IMG/VR virus record: IMGVR_UViG_3300028831_000214
Location: 1 to 50,669 of that record
Source of the DNA: a virus
DNA length: 50,669 bases
Reading direction: 5' to 3' (one strand)
Part shown: positions 32,563-40,547 of the stretch, piece after piece
How positions within the stretch are numbered: position 1 is the stretch's first letter
Layout of the letters: the number at the start of each line of letters is the position of its first letter
Made by a program: the position numbers and the translations under genes
Notes under the pieces: model-generated
The model's database searches: none
Told to the model about the DNA's origin: nothing
The model's input: the letters and a program-made list of their open reading frames with translations, nothing else

Positions 32563-33127
32563 CCCACTCGAACACGAGCACGAGACGCCGGGCTGCGCGG
32601 AGGATCTCCTCGCCGTCCACGCTGGACTCGACATGAGTACGGAGCACGGGAAGGACACGCCGACTCGCTTCCTGACGATGCTCGGCGACCTGACCTCACA
32701 CAAGACCTGCAACGAGGCCTGCATCAAGTGGAAGGTCTTCGACGGTGACGTGGACGAGATGATCGTCGTCAAGAAGATCCCGTTCGTCAGCGTCTGCAAC
32801 CATCACGTCATCCCGTTCGTCGGCCACGCTTGGGTCGGCTACGTCCCGAAGACCAAGATCGTCGGCCTGTCGAAGTTCGCACGCGTGGTCGAGCACTTCG
32901 CACGTCGACTCCAGGTGCAGGAACGACTCACGCAGGAAGTGCACAACTTCATCCACCTGAACCTCGACACCAAGGGCATCATCGTTCGAATGGAGGCGGA
33001 GCACCTGTGCATGACGATCCGTGGGGCTCAGGCTCCGGGAGTTACCACCGTGACCACGAAGACCTCTGGCGTCTTCGCCGATCACTCCCGCACCGCGAAG
33101 CACGAGTTCCTGGAGGCCATCAAGTGA
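32552..33127 (+). CDS. folE: GTP cyclohydrolase I FolE
   Basis: GTG 32552. SVCNHHVIPF, VGLSKFARVVEHFARRLQVQERLT and EAEHLCM motifs are characteristic of GCH-I. Confidence 0.9.
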   Translation: MESNPLEHEHETPGCAEDLLAVHAGLDMSTEHGKDTPTRFLTMLGDLTSHKTCNEACIKWKVFDGDVDEMIVVKKIPFVSVCNHHVIPFVGHAWVGYVPKTKIVGLSKFARVVEHFARRLQVQERLTQEVHNFIHLNLDTKGIIVRMEAEHLCMTIRGAQAPGVTTVTTKTSGVFADHSRTAKHEFLEAIK

Positions 33128-33588
33128 CTCAACCCAACTGGACCCTCGCCAACATGAACTTCGGCGCCATGGTCGAGGACTGCACCGCCGACAGTCAGCG
33201 ATGGTTCCCCGGCAAGACCCAGTCGGTCGCCTTCATGACGCTGGCGATGATGGGCGAGGCCGGCGAGGTCGCGAACATCGTCAAGAAGATCGAGCGTGGC
33301 TCCAGCAGGCTCAACGACCCGGCCGTCAAGGAACACCTGACGGAGGAGATCGTGGACGTTCTGATCTACCTCTGCAACATGATCGGCCTCCCCGAGTTCG
33401 CGGACGTCGACTGGGGTCAGGTCTGGGACGCCAAGCGACGCTTCAACGAGGACCGCTTCGGTCCCGTCAAGCACGACAACCACGTCCACAAGCCTCGGGC
33501 GCTGCCGGATCAGGTCCTCGCCGAGGCTGGCCTGGACGTCGAGGTGAAGCAGCAGACGTGGCAGACGCCGGGAGAGTTCGCATCGTGA
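33124..33588 (+). CDS. mazG: MazG-like nucleoside triphosphate pyrophosphohydrolase
   Basis: GTGA coupling. MMGEAGEVANIVKKIERG...EEIVDVLIYLCNM is the all-alpha NTP-PPase signature. Confidence 0.8.
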   Translation: MTQPNWTLANMNFGAMVEDCTADSQRWFPGKTQSVAFMTLAMMGEAGEVANIVKKIERGSSRLNDPAVKEHLTEEIVDVLIYLCNMIGLPEFADVDWGQVWDAKRRFNEDRFGPVKHDNHVHKPRALPDQVLAEAGLDVEVKQQTWQTPGEFAS

Positions 33589-33899
33589 GCGAGCTTCAGG
33601 ACAAGATCAACCAGTTCTGCCAGGAGTTCGAGCAGAAGCGCTTCGAACGCCACGTTGAGGGCGAGAAGAAGTACGGCGCCGGTACCTGGCTGAAGATCGA
33701 TACCCTCCAGCACGCCATGGACGAGGTACTCGATCTCGGCAACTACGCGATGTTCACCTACGCCAAGCTCCGACTCCTGCAGGAGCGGCTCGTCAAGGGC
33801 TTCGAGGCCGACGGAAGCATCGCACGTGCACGGGAGGACTATGACGGCCCTCTCGTGATGGGCAAGGACAGCATCGTCACGAGGAAGGACATCCAATGA
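33585..33899 (+). CDS. second small all-alpha protein, MazG/DUF1599-like (tentative)
   Basis: GTGA coupling. 104 aa. The segments EGEKKYGAGTW and MDEVLDLGNYAMF are reminiscent of helper NTP-PPase-like proteins next to nucleotide-modification genes (memory, weak). Confidence 0.4.
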   Translation: MSELQDKINQFCQEFEQKRFERHVEGEKKYGAGTWLKIDTLQHAMDEVLDLGNYAMFTYAKLRLLQERLVKGFEADGSIARAREDYDGPLVMGKDSIVTRKDIQ

Positions 33900-34168
33900 C
33901 AAGCTGTGTGCAGTACACGGGACGCTGGGTCACGATCCAGGCCTTCATGGACGCGTCGGGCTACATCCCGGTCGTCGGTCCGGTCCCGCACGTCCGCGTC
34001 GACAACTCCGGCGGGGAGCCGCGCCTGAAGGTCTGGTGCTCCGACGGTCAGATCCGCGAGGTCCGCAACGGGCAGTACCTGGTGCTGGAGGACGAGCAGG
34101 ATCCGCCTCTGCCCTCCCGGTACAACGCTTCAACCCAGTCGGTCGGTACCGTCTGGACGATGCCGTGA
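33896..34168 (+). CDS. hypothetical protein translationally coupled to dpdA
   Basis: 90-aa ORF. ATGA coupling upstream and GTGA coupling downstream. Confidence 0.6.
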   Translation: MTSCVQYTGRWVTIQAFMDASGYIPVVGPVPHVRVDNSGGEPRLKVWCSDGQIREVRNGQYLVLEDEQDPPLPSRYNASTQSVGTVWTMP

Positions 34169-34929
34169 AAGCGGCCCTGATTCCGCCGAAGGGCTACTTC
34201 AACACGGCCAGGCGCTCGGACATCCACCTCGTTCTGGCACAGATCGAGGACTTCACCTACCGCAACATGTACCAGCACCTCGACGGGGACAACTTCATCA
34301 TCCTGGACAACGGTGCCGCAGAAGGTGATGCGGTGCCGGACGGTCACCTGATGACGATGGCCGCTACGCTGGGTCCGAACGAGATCGTCCTGCCGGACGT
34401 GATGGAGGACGCGGAACGTACGGTCCTTCGAACCAAGGCGTTCCTGTGGACGTTCAGGCCATTCATCCAGGACAACGTGGATGCGTTCGGCTTCATGGCC
34501 GTACCGCAGGGGTACAACGTCGGCGAGATGAAGGACTGCATCAAGGAGTTCATCCAGTTCGAGGAGATCAAGACCCTCGGCATCCCACGACACCTGGTGG
34601 CCAAGGATCACATGGGTCGGTACGTCCTATGCGATTGGCTGGAGAAGGAAAAACTCCACACGCGCTTCGCGGTCCATCTGCTGGGCACGAGTGGTGACTA
34701 TCCCACCGAGATTCGGTACATCGCAACGGACTTTCCTTGGGTCCGTTCGGTCGACAGCTCGATGCCGTACAACTACACTATCGCCGGCCAGCGTCTCGAG
34801 GACAAGCACAAGGTCACTCGGCCGGAGGGGTACTTCGAGAAGGACTGGAAGCTGAACGACGTTCTGCTTCAGCACAACATCGACGTCTACATGAGGTGGG
34901 CACGTGGAGTCGAAAGCACCCGGAGCTAA
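34165..34929 (+). CDS. dpdA: DpdA-family DNA transglycosylase (TGT-fold, inserts 7-deazaguanine into DNA)
   Basis: GTG 34165. 254 aa. The TGT-like motif series ILDNGAAEG, MAVPQGY, LGIPRHL, VHLLGTSG, VDSSMPY. Adjacent to the preQ0 pathway genes. Confidence 0.8.
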   Translation: MKAALIPPKGYFNTARRSDIHLVLAQIEDFTYRNMYQHLDGDNFIILDNGAAEGDAVPDGHLMTMAATLGPNEIVLPDVMEDAERTVLRTKAFLWTFRPFIQDNVDAFGFMAVPQGYNVGEMKDCIKEFIQFEEIKTLGIPRHLVAKDHMGRYVLCDWLEKEKLHTRFAVHLLGTSGDYPTEIRYIATDFPWVRSVDSSMPYNYTIAGQRLEDKHKVTRPEGYFEKDWKLNDVLLQHNIDVYMRWARGVESTRS

Positions 34930-37315
34930 CTGTTCCGAGTGCCCTCTGAAGGACGAGAAGATGGCTCCCTCTGCCATTCCGGTAGGGGGAGCCACCCTCG
35001 CAGTCGTAGGAGAGGCACCAGGATTCCAGGAGGTTACCTACGGCAAGCCCTTCATGGGCCCTTCGGGTAAGCTCCTGAAGACGGTACTGAGGTACCACGG
35101 AATCGATCCTAAGGAGGTGATGTTCTCCAATGTTGTACTATGCCGTCCTGAAGGGAACGCAACTCCTCCTGCGACAGCGCAAGCTGCGTGTCGTGGACGT
35201 CTTGTTCGTGAACTGGACGAGTCCGGCGCACGAAGTGTCGTGGCACTTGGCGGGACCGCAGCTGGAGCTCTGGTTGACGATCCCCGAACTATCACACAGC
35301 TTCGCATCGGACCTCCGAAGCCTCCCACTCGAGCGCTCGATGGATCGAGTGTTGAAAGAGTTGTGCCGACGTGGCACCCCGCTTACTGTCTCCGAAATCC
35401 AGATGCGTTTCCTACCATGGCCGCGGACATCGAGAAGGTCACCTGGACGAAGGCCAAGGAGTGGAGAGAGCCGAACTGGAACTACTTCGACACTCCGCTA
35501 GAGGCTGTCGCGTTCCTTGACGAACTCTGGCAGTGGCAGAACTCGTCGGGCAGGTACGAGCTCGTCGTCGACATCGAGGTCGGTATCGAGAAGGATACCG
35601 CCTTCGACCACCCGAACCACTACCAGATGCTCTGCATCGGACTTGCATGGGAGAAGGGAGCTGCAGGTGTCATCGGAGATGGAGCTCTGGCGTCTGCGCA
35701 GGTTCTCGGACGTCTCGCTCGGATACTGTACCGTTCGAAACTCATTGCTCAGAACGGGAAATTTGACCTCGCCGGCCTTTGGCCTCTCTTTCCACGCCTG
35801 GAACTGTGGTTCGATACTATGCTCGCGCATTACGCTCTGGACGAACGTTCGGGCGGGCATGGACTTAAGGTCCTTGCAGTGGAACGACTCGGCGCTCCTC
35901 AGTATGACGACGAGATCAAGAAGTACATCCCGCGCGGAGGCAACTACGCCAACATCCCGAGGGAGATCCTCTACAAGTACAACGCGCTCGACGTCGCCTG
36001 CACCTGGGATCTCCATGAGCTCTTCACTATCGAGATGGACCGAGATCCGGTCGCTTCGGGAAGGCACGAGTGGCCTTACCCCGAACTCCCTGTACGAACT
36101 CTTCGGGACTGGCATGACTTCCTAGTCTCCGCCTCGAATGCCCTGATGTACCTGGAGCTCAACGGCATCGCTGTCGACGTGAACTACAACACGCAGCTGT
36201 CGTACGAGTACATCGCCAAGCTCGATGCCATGGAGAAGGGTCTCTCGGAGATCGTCAACGAGGCGACCAAGGGGGAGAAGCCGGCGATCAACCCTCGGAG
36301 CCCGAAGCAGGTGAAGGAGTTCCTTCACAGTCAGGGTATGCGAGTCGAGAAGACCGACAAGGAGGTGCTGAATGGTCTCGCGGAGAGACTACATCCGGAG
36401 AGCTACGCGGGAAGGTTTGTCAACGGGCTTCTGGACCATCGCTTCGAAGCGAAGCGTTACGGAACGTTCGTCAAAGGTATTCGTCAAAGGCTGTACGGTG
36501 GACGTGTCTTTACCAACTACCTCCTTCACGGTACCACGTCGGGACGACTGGCTTCACGTAACCCGAACCTTCAGAATATTGTTCGGGACAAGAATATCCG
36601 AAGGCAGTTTGTCGCCAGCAAGCCTGGCTATGTCCTCACCCAGGCGGATTACAAACAGGCTGAGGGCCGAGTCATTGCGTGGCTGGCTCAGGACGAGTTC
36701 CTTCGAAGCATCTTTGCAGACCCAGAGGCTGACCTCTTCAACACCCTGGGCGCCAGGCTCTACAACCTCCCACCAGGCGTAATTCCGAACAAGGAGCAGC
36801 GTGTTCGTGTCAAGGCGTACTTCTATGGCCTCAGCTACGGACGAGAGGCCTACAGCATCGCCAAGGAATACAAGCTCCCCGTGGCACAAGTTCAAAGAGA
36901 CCTGGAAGCGTTCTTCAAGACGATTCCCCAAGTCGCTGCTTGGCAAGAGTCCATCAAGCAGCGAGTCCTCGACGGTCACGATCTCATCTCGCCATTCGGT
37001 CGGCGTCGTCGGTTTGCTCTCATCACGGAGCAGACAAAGCAGGATGTCCTCAAGGAAGCACTCAGCTATCTGCCGCAGTCGATCGCTTCCGACATCTGCC
37101 TCACTGCCCTTACTCGTATTCGACCCAAGCTCCGTGGAATCGGTTTTGTCCGACTCACGATCCACGATGCACTGGTCGTCGAGCATCACGAGTCGAAACT
37201 GGACCTTGTGTCGGAGATGCTACGCACTGAGATGGTCCAAGCAGCTCGTGAGATAACTGAATACGTTCCGTTCGAAGTCGATGTGTCAACAGGGCACAGC
37301 TGGGGGGATCTGTAA
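34904..37315 (+). CDS. family A DNA polymerase with an N-terminal family-4 UDG-like domain and 3'-5' exonuclease
   Basis: 803 aa. UDG-4 motifs CSECPL, GEAPGFQE..PFMGPSGKLL, HPAYCLRNP. Exo motif VVDIEV. Pol motifs QADYKQAEGRV, KAYFYGLSYG, IHDALVVE. Confidence 0.9.
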   Translation: MESKAPGANCSECPLKDEKMAPSAIPVGGATLAVVGEAPGFQEVTYGKPFMGPSGKLLKTVLRYHGIDPKEVMFSNVVLCRPEGNATPPATAQAACRGRLVRELDESGARSVVALGGTAAGALVDDPRTITQLRIGPPKPPTRALDGSSVERVVPTWHPAYCLRNPDAFPTMAADIEKVTWTKAKEWREPNWNYFDTPLEAVAFLDELWQWQNSSGRYELVVDIEVGIEKDTAFDHPNHYQMLCIGLAWEKGAAGVIGDGALASAQVLGRLARILYRSKLIAQNGKFDLAGLWPLFPRLELWFDTMLAHYALDERSGGHGLKVLAVERLGAPQYDDEIKKYIPRGGNYANIPREILYKYNALDVACTWDLHELFTIEMDRDPVASGRHEWPYPELPVRTLRDWHDFLVSASNALMYLELNGIAVDVNYNTQLSYEYIAKLDAMEKGLSEIVNEATKGEKPAINPRSPKQVKEFLHSQGMRVEKTDKEVLNGLAERLHPESYAGRFVNGLLDHRFEAKRYGTFVKGIRQRLYGGRVFTNYLLHGTTSGRLASRNPNLQNIVRDKNIRRQFVASKPGYVLTQADYKQAEGRVIAWLAQDEFLRSIFADPEADLFNTLGARLYNLPPGVIPNKEQRVRVKAYFYGLSYGREAYSIAKEYKLPVAQVQRDLEAFFKTIPQVAAWQESIKQRVLDGHDLISPFGRRRRFALITEQTKQDVLKEALSYLPQSIASDICLTALTRIRPKLRGIGFVRLTIHDALVVEHHESKLDLVSEMLRTEMVQAAREITEYVPFEVDVSTGHSWGDL

Positions 37316-37549
37316 ATGAACCGTCAAGAGGCACTCATGTTGGCGGTCTCCACCGTCGAGGAGATGACGTCCAAGGTACCCACGAACAAGAATGGGTACC
37401 CGCTCGACGGCTTCAAGGCACCGACCTTCACCGAGAAGATCGAGGCCATCGAGAGACTGGCCAACTTCCTGTGGGAGCCCGAGCCGGAGATGGCTACGCT
37501 GGAGGAGGTGACTAGTGCCGCGAGGGAAGCCGAGTCCTATCGGGACTGA
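37316..37549 (+). CDS. hypothetical protein (77 aa)
   Basis: ATG lies 1 nt after the polymerase stop. Confidence 0.55.
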   Translation: MNRQEALMLAVSTVEEMTSKVPTNKNGYPLDGFKAPTFTEKIEAIERLANFLWEPEPEMATLEEVTSAAREAESYRD

Positions 37550-37829
37550 GATGGTCAACGCCAACGGCTACACTCAGGTCAGGACCGAGAGTGGCTGGAT
37601 CGCCAAGCACACGATGATCCTGGAGAAGAAGCTCGGCCGCAAGCTTCGCCCAGGCGAGCGAGCTACCTTCAAGGATGGCAACCGAGCCAACCTCGACCCG
37701 GAGAACATCGTCCTGACCGAGGGACACAAGAAGGAGTCCATCAAGGCCAGGATCGCCAGGTACGAGAAGGAGATCCAGGACCGGCAGGAATGGATCGCTG
37801 AGCTCAAACGAGAGCTAGCTAGCGATTAA
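37515..37829 (+). CDS. HNH-type endonuclease-like protein (first His of the motif replaced)
   Basis: 104 aa. NGYTQVRTESGWIAKHTMILEKKLGRKL..ERATFKDGNRANLDPENIVL follows the HNH_3 layout but has TF where HH is usual. Confidence 0.6.
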   Translation: MPRGKPSPIGTEMVNANGYTQVRTESGWIAKHTMILEKKLGRKLRPGERATFKDGNRANLDPENIVLTEGHKKESIKARIARYEKEIQDRQEWIAELKRELASD

Positions 37830-37841
37830 TTTCTAAGCGAT

Positions 37842-37938
37842 GTCTAATCGATTAGACGCGAGGTTAGACCAAAGGACGTACCGCCCGCCGTACATCTCTA
37901 GGGGCTTGAAAATCGCAAGGTCTATCTTGCGTCTAACC
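37842..37938. promoter_or_regulatory. second GTCTAA(CC) array including a perfect 16-bp palindrome
   Basis: Palindrome GTCTAATCGATTAGAC at 37842-37857. GGTTAGAC (inverted GTCTAACC) at 37862-37869. GCGTCTAACC at 37929-37938, the same 10-mer as 20345-20354. Confidence 0.55.
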
Positions 37939-37979
37939 GATTGCACTCGAACACAACACCACACGCACAAGGGGAGACA

Positions 37980-38156
37980 ATGCCTGTACAGCTCATAGTC
38001 GTTCATATGGACGATACGCGCAGCTATCACCCTGTCAGCCTGAGGAGGGGATGGAAGATCTGCCCCACGCGAAGGGAGATCATCGTTGGGGGAGGTCTTC
38101 CGCGGACGCACATCCCCCTCGACAACGTCAAGTACTACAACATCGAGGAGTACTGA
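37980..38156 (+). CDS. hypothetical protein (58 aa)
   Basis: ATG 37980 follows AAGGGGAGACA. Start moved from 37941. Confidence 0.5.
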   Translation: MPVQLIVVHMDDTRSYHPVSLRRGWKICPTRREIIVGGGLPRTHIPLDNVKYYNIEEY

Positions 38157-38587
38157 TGCAGGTAATCGTTGGAGAACGGAGGACCGGTCGGACGACCAAG
38201 CTGATCGACTGGCTGCTGCAGGGAAGGGAGCAGAACTCCTACCCGTACTGGTCCAGAGTGATCGTCTGCCCGACACACCAGATGGTCAGGCACACGACGT
38301 ACGCAGTGCTGAAGCGTATCGAGGAGGTGAAGTGGAACCTCTGCGAGCAGATGCTTCCGCACGTACACGGAGACACCGATCACCACCAGGCGGTGCTGAC
38401 GGACGTCAAGAAGGCCGTGTGGGGTTTGAACGACCTCATGTCCAACATCATGGGCTCACGCCCGTTCGAGTACGCCGTCGACGACTACGACATGATGATG
38501 AATCAGGTCGGCAGAGTCGCAAGCGGTGTACATCGGCCAGCACTCATCGTCATCGAGGGGAGTCTGTATGGCACTGATAGCAATTGA
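38156..38587 (+). CDS. hypothetical protein with a deviant P-loop (GERRTGRTT)
   Basis: TGATG coupling. 143 aa. Confidence 0.55.
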   Translation: MQVIVGERRTGRTTKLIDWLLQGREQNSYPYWSRVIVCPTHQMVRHTTYAVLKRIEEVKWNLCEQMLPHVHGDTDHHQAVLTDVKKAVWGLNDLMSNIMGSRPFEYAVDDYDMMMNQVGRVASGVHRPALIVIEGSLYGTDSN

Positions 38588-39050
38588 CCCCGGACCGCAC
38601 ACGGGCATCTTCGGCCAGCGACTGGGAGCGTTCTTCAGCACTACGTTGAACCTGGACGAGCTGTCCCAGAGTGCCCTAGTCATTCCGCCGCACCGCTACC
38701 TCTGGGACTGGCTCAACGATCACGTCCAGCCGACGTGTGATCAGATCATCCTGGAGAAGTTCGAGTTCCAGAAGGACAAGCGCGACAAGGAGAACCTCAA
38801 CTACGACGCCGGCGAGTACGTCGGGGTCGTCAAGATCTGGTGCGACCTCAACAAGGTCCCCTGTCACCTCCAGAGCCCAAGCCAGGTCGTCAGCAAGGAA
38901 GGCAAGACCTTCTGGACGGATGACAAGCTCAAGCGCGTGGGGTTGTGGAAGTCGCTACGGACGCGCCACGAGAGGGACGCTGCACGTCACTACCTCTACT
39001 ACGTCACCTTCACCCTGAACGACAAGACCTGGCTGGAGAAGCTGAAGTGA
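38568..39050 (+). CDS. RuvC-like Holliday junction resolvase
   Basis: ATG 38568. LIAIDPGPHTG N-terminal motif, an acidic residue in ILEKFEF, and C-terminal HERDAARH. Confidence 0.7.
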   Translation: MALIAIDPGPHTGIFGQRLGAFFSTTLNLDELSQSALVIPPHRYLWDWLNDHVQPTCDQIILEKFEFQKDKRDKENLNYDAGEYVGVVKIWCDLNKVPCHLQSPSQVVSKEGKTFWTDDKLKRVGLWKSLRTRHERDAARHYLYYVTFTLNDKTWLEKLK

Positions 39051-39223
39051 AGATCACTGTCCAGATCGACGGCGACGAGTACGGAGACGTCGAGCTCTCG
39101 AAGGAGGTGCGTGGCCCTTTCAGGATGGGTCATGTACATCTCGACCGCCGCAACGAAGCAGGAGAGGTACTAAAGGACCTGGCAGGACAAGCACAGCTCT
39201 GGCTGAACGTTAACGTCAAGTAG
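39047..39223 (+). CDS. hypothetical protein (58 aa), last gene of the plus arm
   Basis: GTGA coupling at 39047. Confidence 0.5.
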   Translation: MKITVQIDGDEYGDVELSKEVRGPFRMGHVHLDRRNEAGEVLKDLAGQAQLWLNVNVK

Positions 39224-39283
39224 AGTCCTGGCCTCCTACCGGAAGGATCACCCGAGGCGGTGACGGTAGGAGGCCAGGAGTCT
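39222..39283. terminator. bidirectional terminator hairpin between the convergent arms
   Basis: AGAGTCCTGGCCTCCTACCG (39222-39241) pairs with CGGTAGGAGGCCAGGAGTCT (39264-39283): 16 perfect bp, one mismatch, then 3 bp. The loop contains an inner TCACC/GGTGA stem. Confidence 0.75.
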
Positions 39284-39342
39284 AGATGGCGATGAAGCCG
39301 ATCACGATCGCTGCCACTATCCAGATGTGGAACATGACAGCA

Positions 39343-40290
39343 CTAACTGCCGATGTTGCCCCCCGCACCGGGGCCTCCGTAGTAGAACGAGCGCATCGAG
39401 GAGGTGAAGCCCACCCGGTACTCATTCGGATCCGTCTCCTGGACGGTCAGCGAGTGCGTCACGCCGGTCGGCGGGTTGATCAGCGTCCACGAGTTCACGT
39501 AGGCCGCGCTGAGGTTCGTGTTCACCGGGCAGCACAGCGACCGACCGAACTGACCGGTACCCATGTCTGCCGTGTTCGGTGCGTTGGGCACCTCGCCGAA
39601 CACCTGACCCAGGCCCATCTTCGTGAACGTCGCACCCTGGCTGGTCCACCGCGTGTTCGGGAAGTAGCCGATCCACTCGAAAGTGCCTGGCGTCGAGTCC
39701 ATCCCGACCCACCACACGTTGTCGAACTGCTGGATGCCGATACGCCACAGGACCGGCGTCGAGGGGTAGGACGCACTGGCGTTGATGTAGTCACCCAGGT
39801 GGTGAGTAGCCGCAGGGTCGGCCACGAAGCCGGTACCGTAGCCCTGCCAGACACCGTTGATCCAGTGGCCGGCGAAGAGCCACTGCTTCGGGTCACTAGT
39901 CCCCTTGCGGAAGCCGACCTCGACAGCCTGGCTGCCATCGGCCGACTGTACCGCGACCTCGACCAGCGAGTGAGTGACCGGAGTCGTCGGCACGAACGGG
40001 TTGGTGACCTGCACCTTGGCGCTCGCACCGTCGGAGCCGGCACCCGACACGTACTGGTACCCGCCGGCGTAGCTGTAGCCGTTGACCGTCTTGGTCGAGG
40101 CGCGACCGGGGACCCAGTGGCCCTTGGGCAGCATCGACTTGCTGTTCGCCTTCAGCGGCGCACTGCCGGCGACCTGCTTGCCGTCCGGGTTGGTCCGGAT
40201 GGGGGCACTGCCGGCCTGGGCCGATGCGGGGATGCTGAGCCCCATCAGAACGATGAGGGCCGCCAGGACCCTCGAGATGTAGTGCCTCAC
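39343..40290 (-). CDS. secreted neprosin/DUF239-like protein (putative glutamic peptidase; candidate exported lysis or surface-acting enzyme)
   Basis: 315 aa. Signal peptide MRHYISRVLAALIVLMGLSIPASA-QA. HSLVEVAV, VEVGF, GFV, NVWWVG, WIGYFP and VFGEV appear in the order I recall for the PF03080 family. Last gene of the lysis cassette. Confidence 0.55.
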   Translation of the reverse strand: MRHYISRVLAALIVLMGLSIPASAQAGSAPIRTNPDGKQVAGSAPLKANSKSMLPKGHWVPGRASTKTVNGYSYAGGYQYVSGAGSDGASAKVQVTNPFVPTTPVTHSLVEVAVQSADGSQAVEVGFRKGTSDPKQWLFAGHWINGVWQGYGTGFVADPAATHHLGDYINASASYPSTPVLWRIGIQQFDNVWWVGMDSTPGTFEWIGYFPNTRWTSQGATFTKMGLGQVFGEVPNAPNTADMGTGQFGRSLCCPVNTNLSAAYVNSWTLINPPTGVTHSLTVQETDPNEYRVGFTSSMRSFYYGGPGAGGNIGS

Positions 40291-40547
40291 TTGCCGGTCT
40301 CCTTCGTGGCGGTGATGTTCATCAGGTTGATGTCGGGATTCTTCTTGATCTGGTCGGTCAGGTCACCCGTGGTGAGTCGGTTTGCGGGCGACAACGCGAC
40401 GGCGGCGGGGCTGCCGATCAGCGCTCCCAGGATTCCCAGCCACTCGATCAGCGTCACCTTGTCGTCCGACAGCGCGGCGATCACCAACGGGATTGCCACG
40501 GCTATCCCGGCGAGTAGCGCCGTCAGCGCTTTGCTGTACCTTGCCAT
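40287..40547 (-). CDS. holin-like two-TM membrane protein
   Basis: 86 aa, with TAGGAGGACTGATCG RBS. TM segments ALTALLAGIAVAIPLVIAAL and WLGILGALIGSPAAVAL, polar charged tail. GTGA coupling to the downstream gene. Confidence 0.6.
   Translation of the reverse strand: MARYSKALTALLAGIAVAIPLVIAALSDDKVTLIEWLGILGALIGSPAAVALSPANRLTTGDLTDQIKKNPDINLMNITATKETGK

Noticed and set aside
33124-33899. Z-genome (2-aminoadenine) module, suggested by two MazG-like genes
   Set aside because: No PurZ-like adenylosuccinate synthetase homologue or DatZ-like HD phosphohydrolase was seen. The genes sit inside the deazaguanine island instead.
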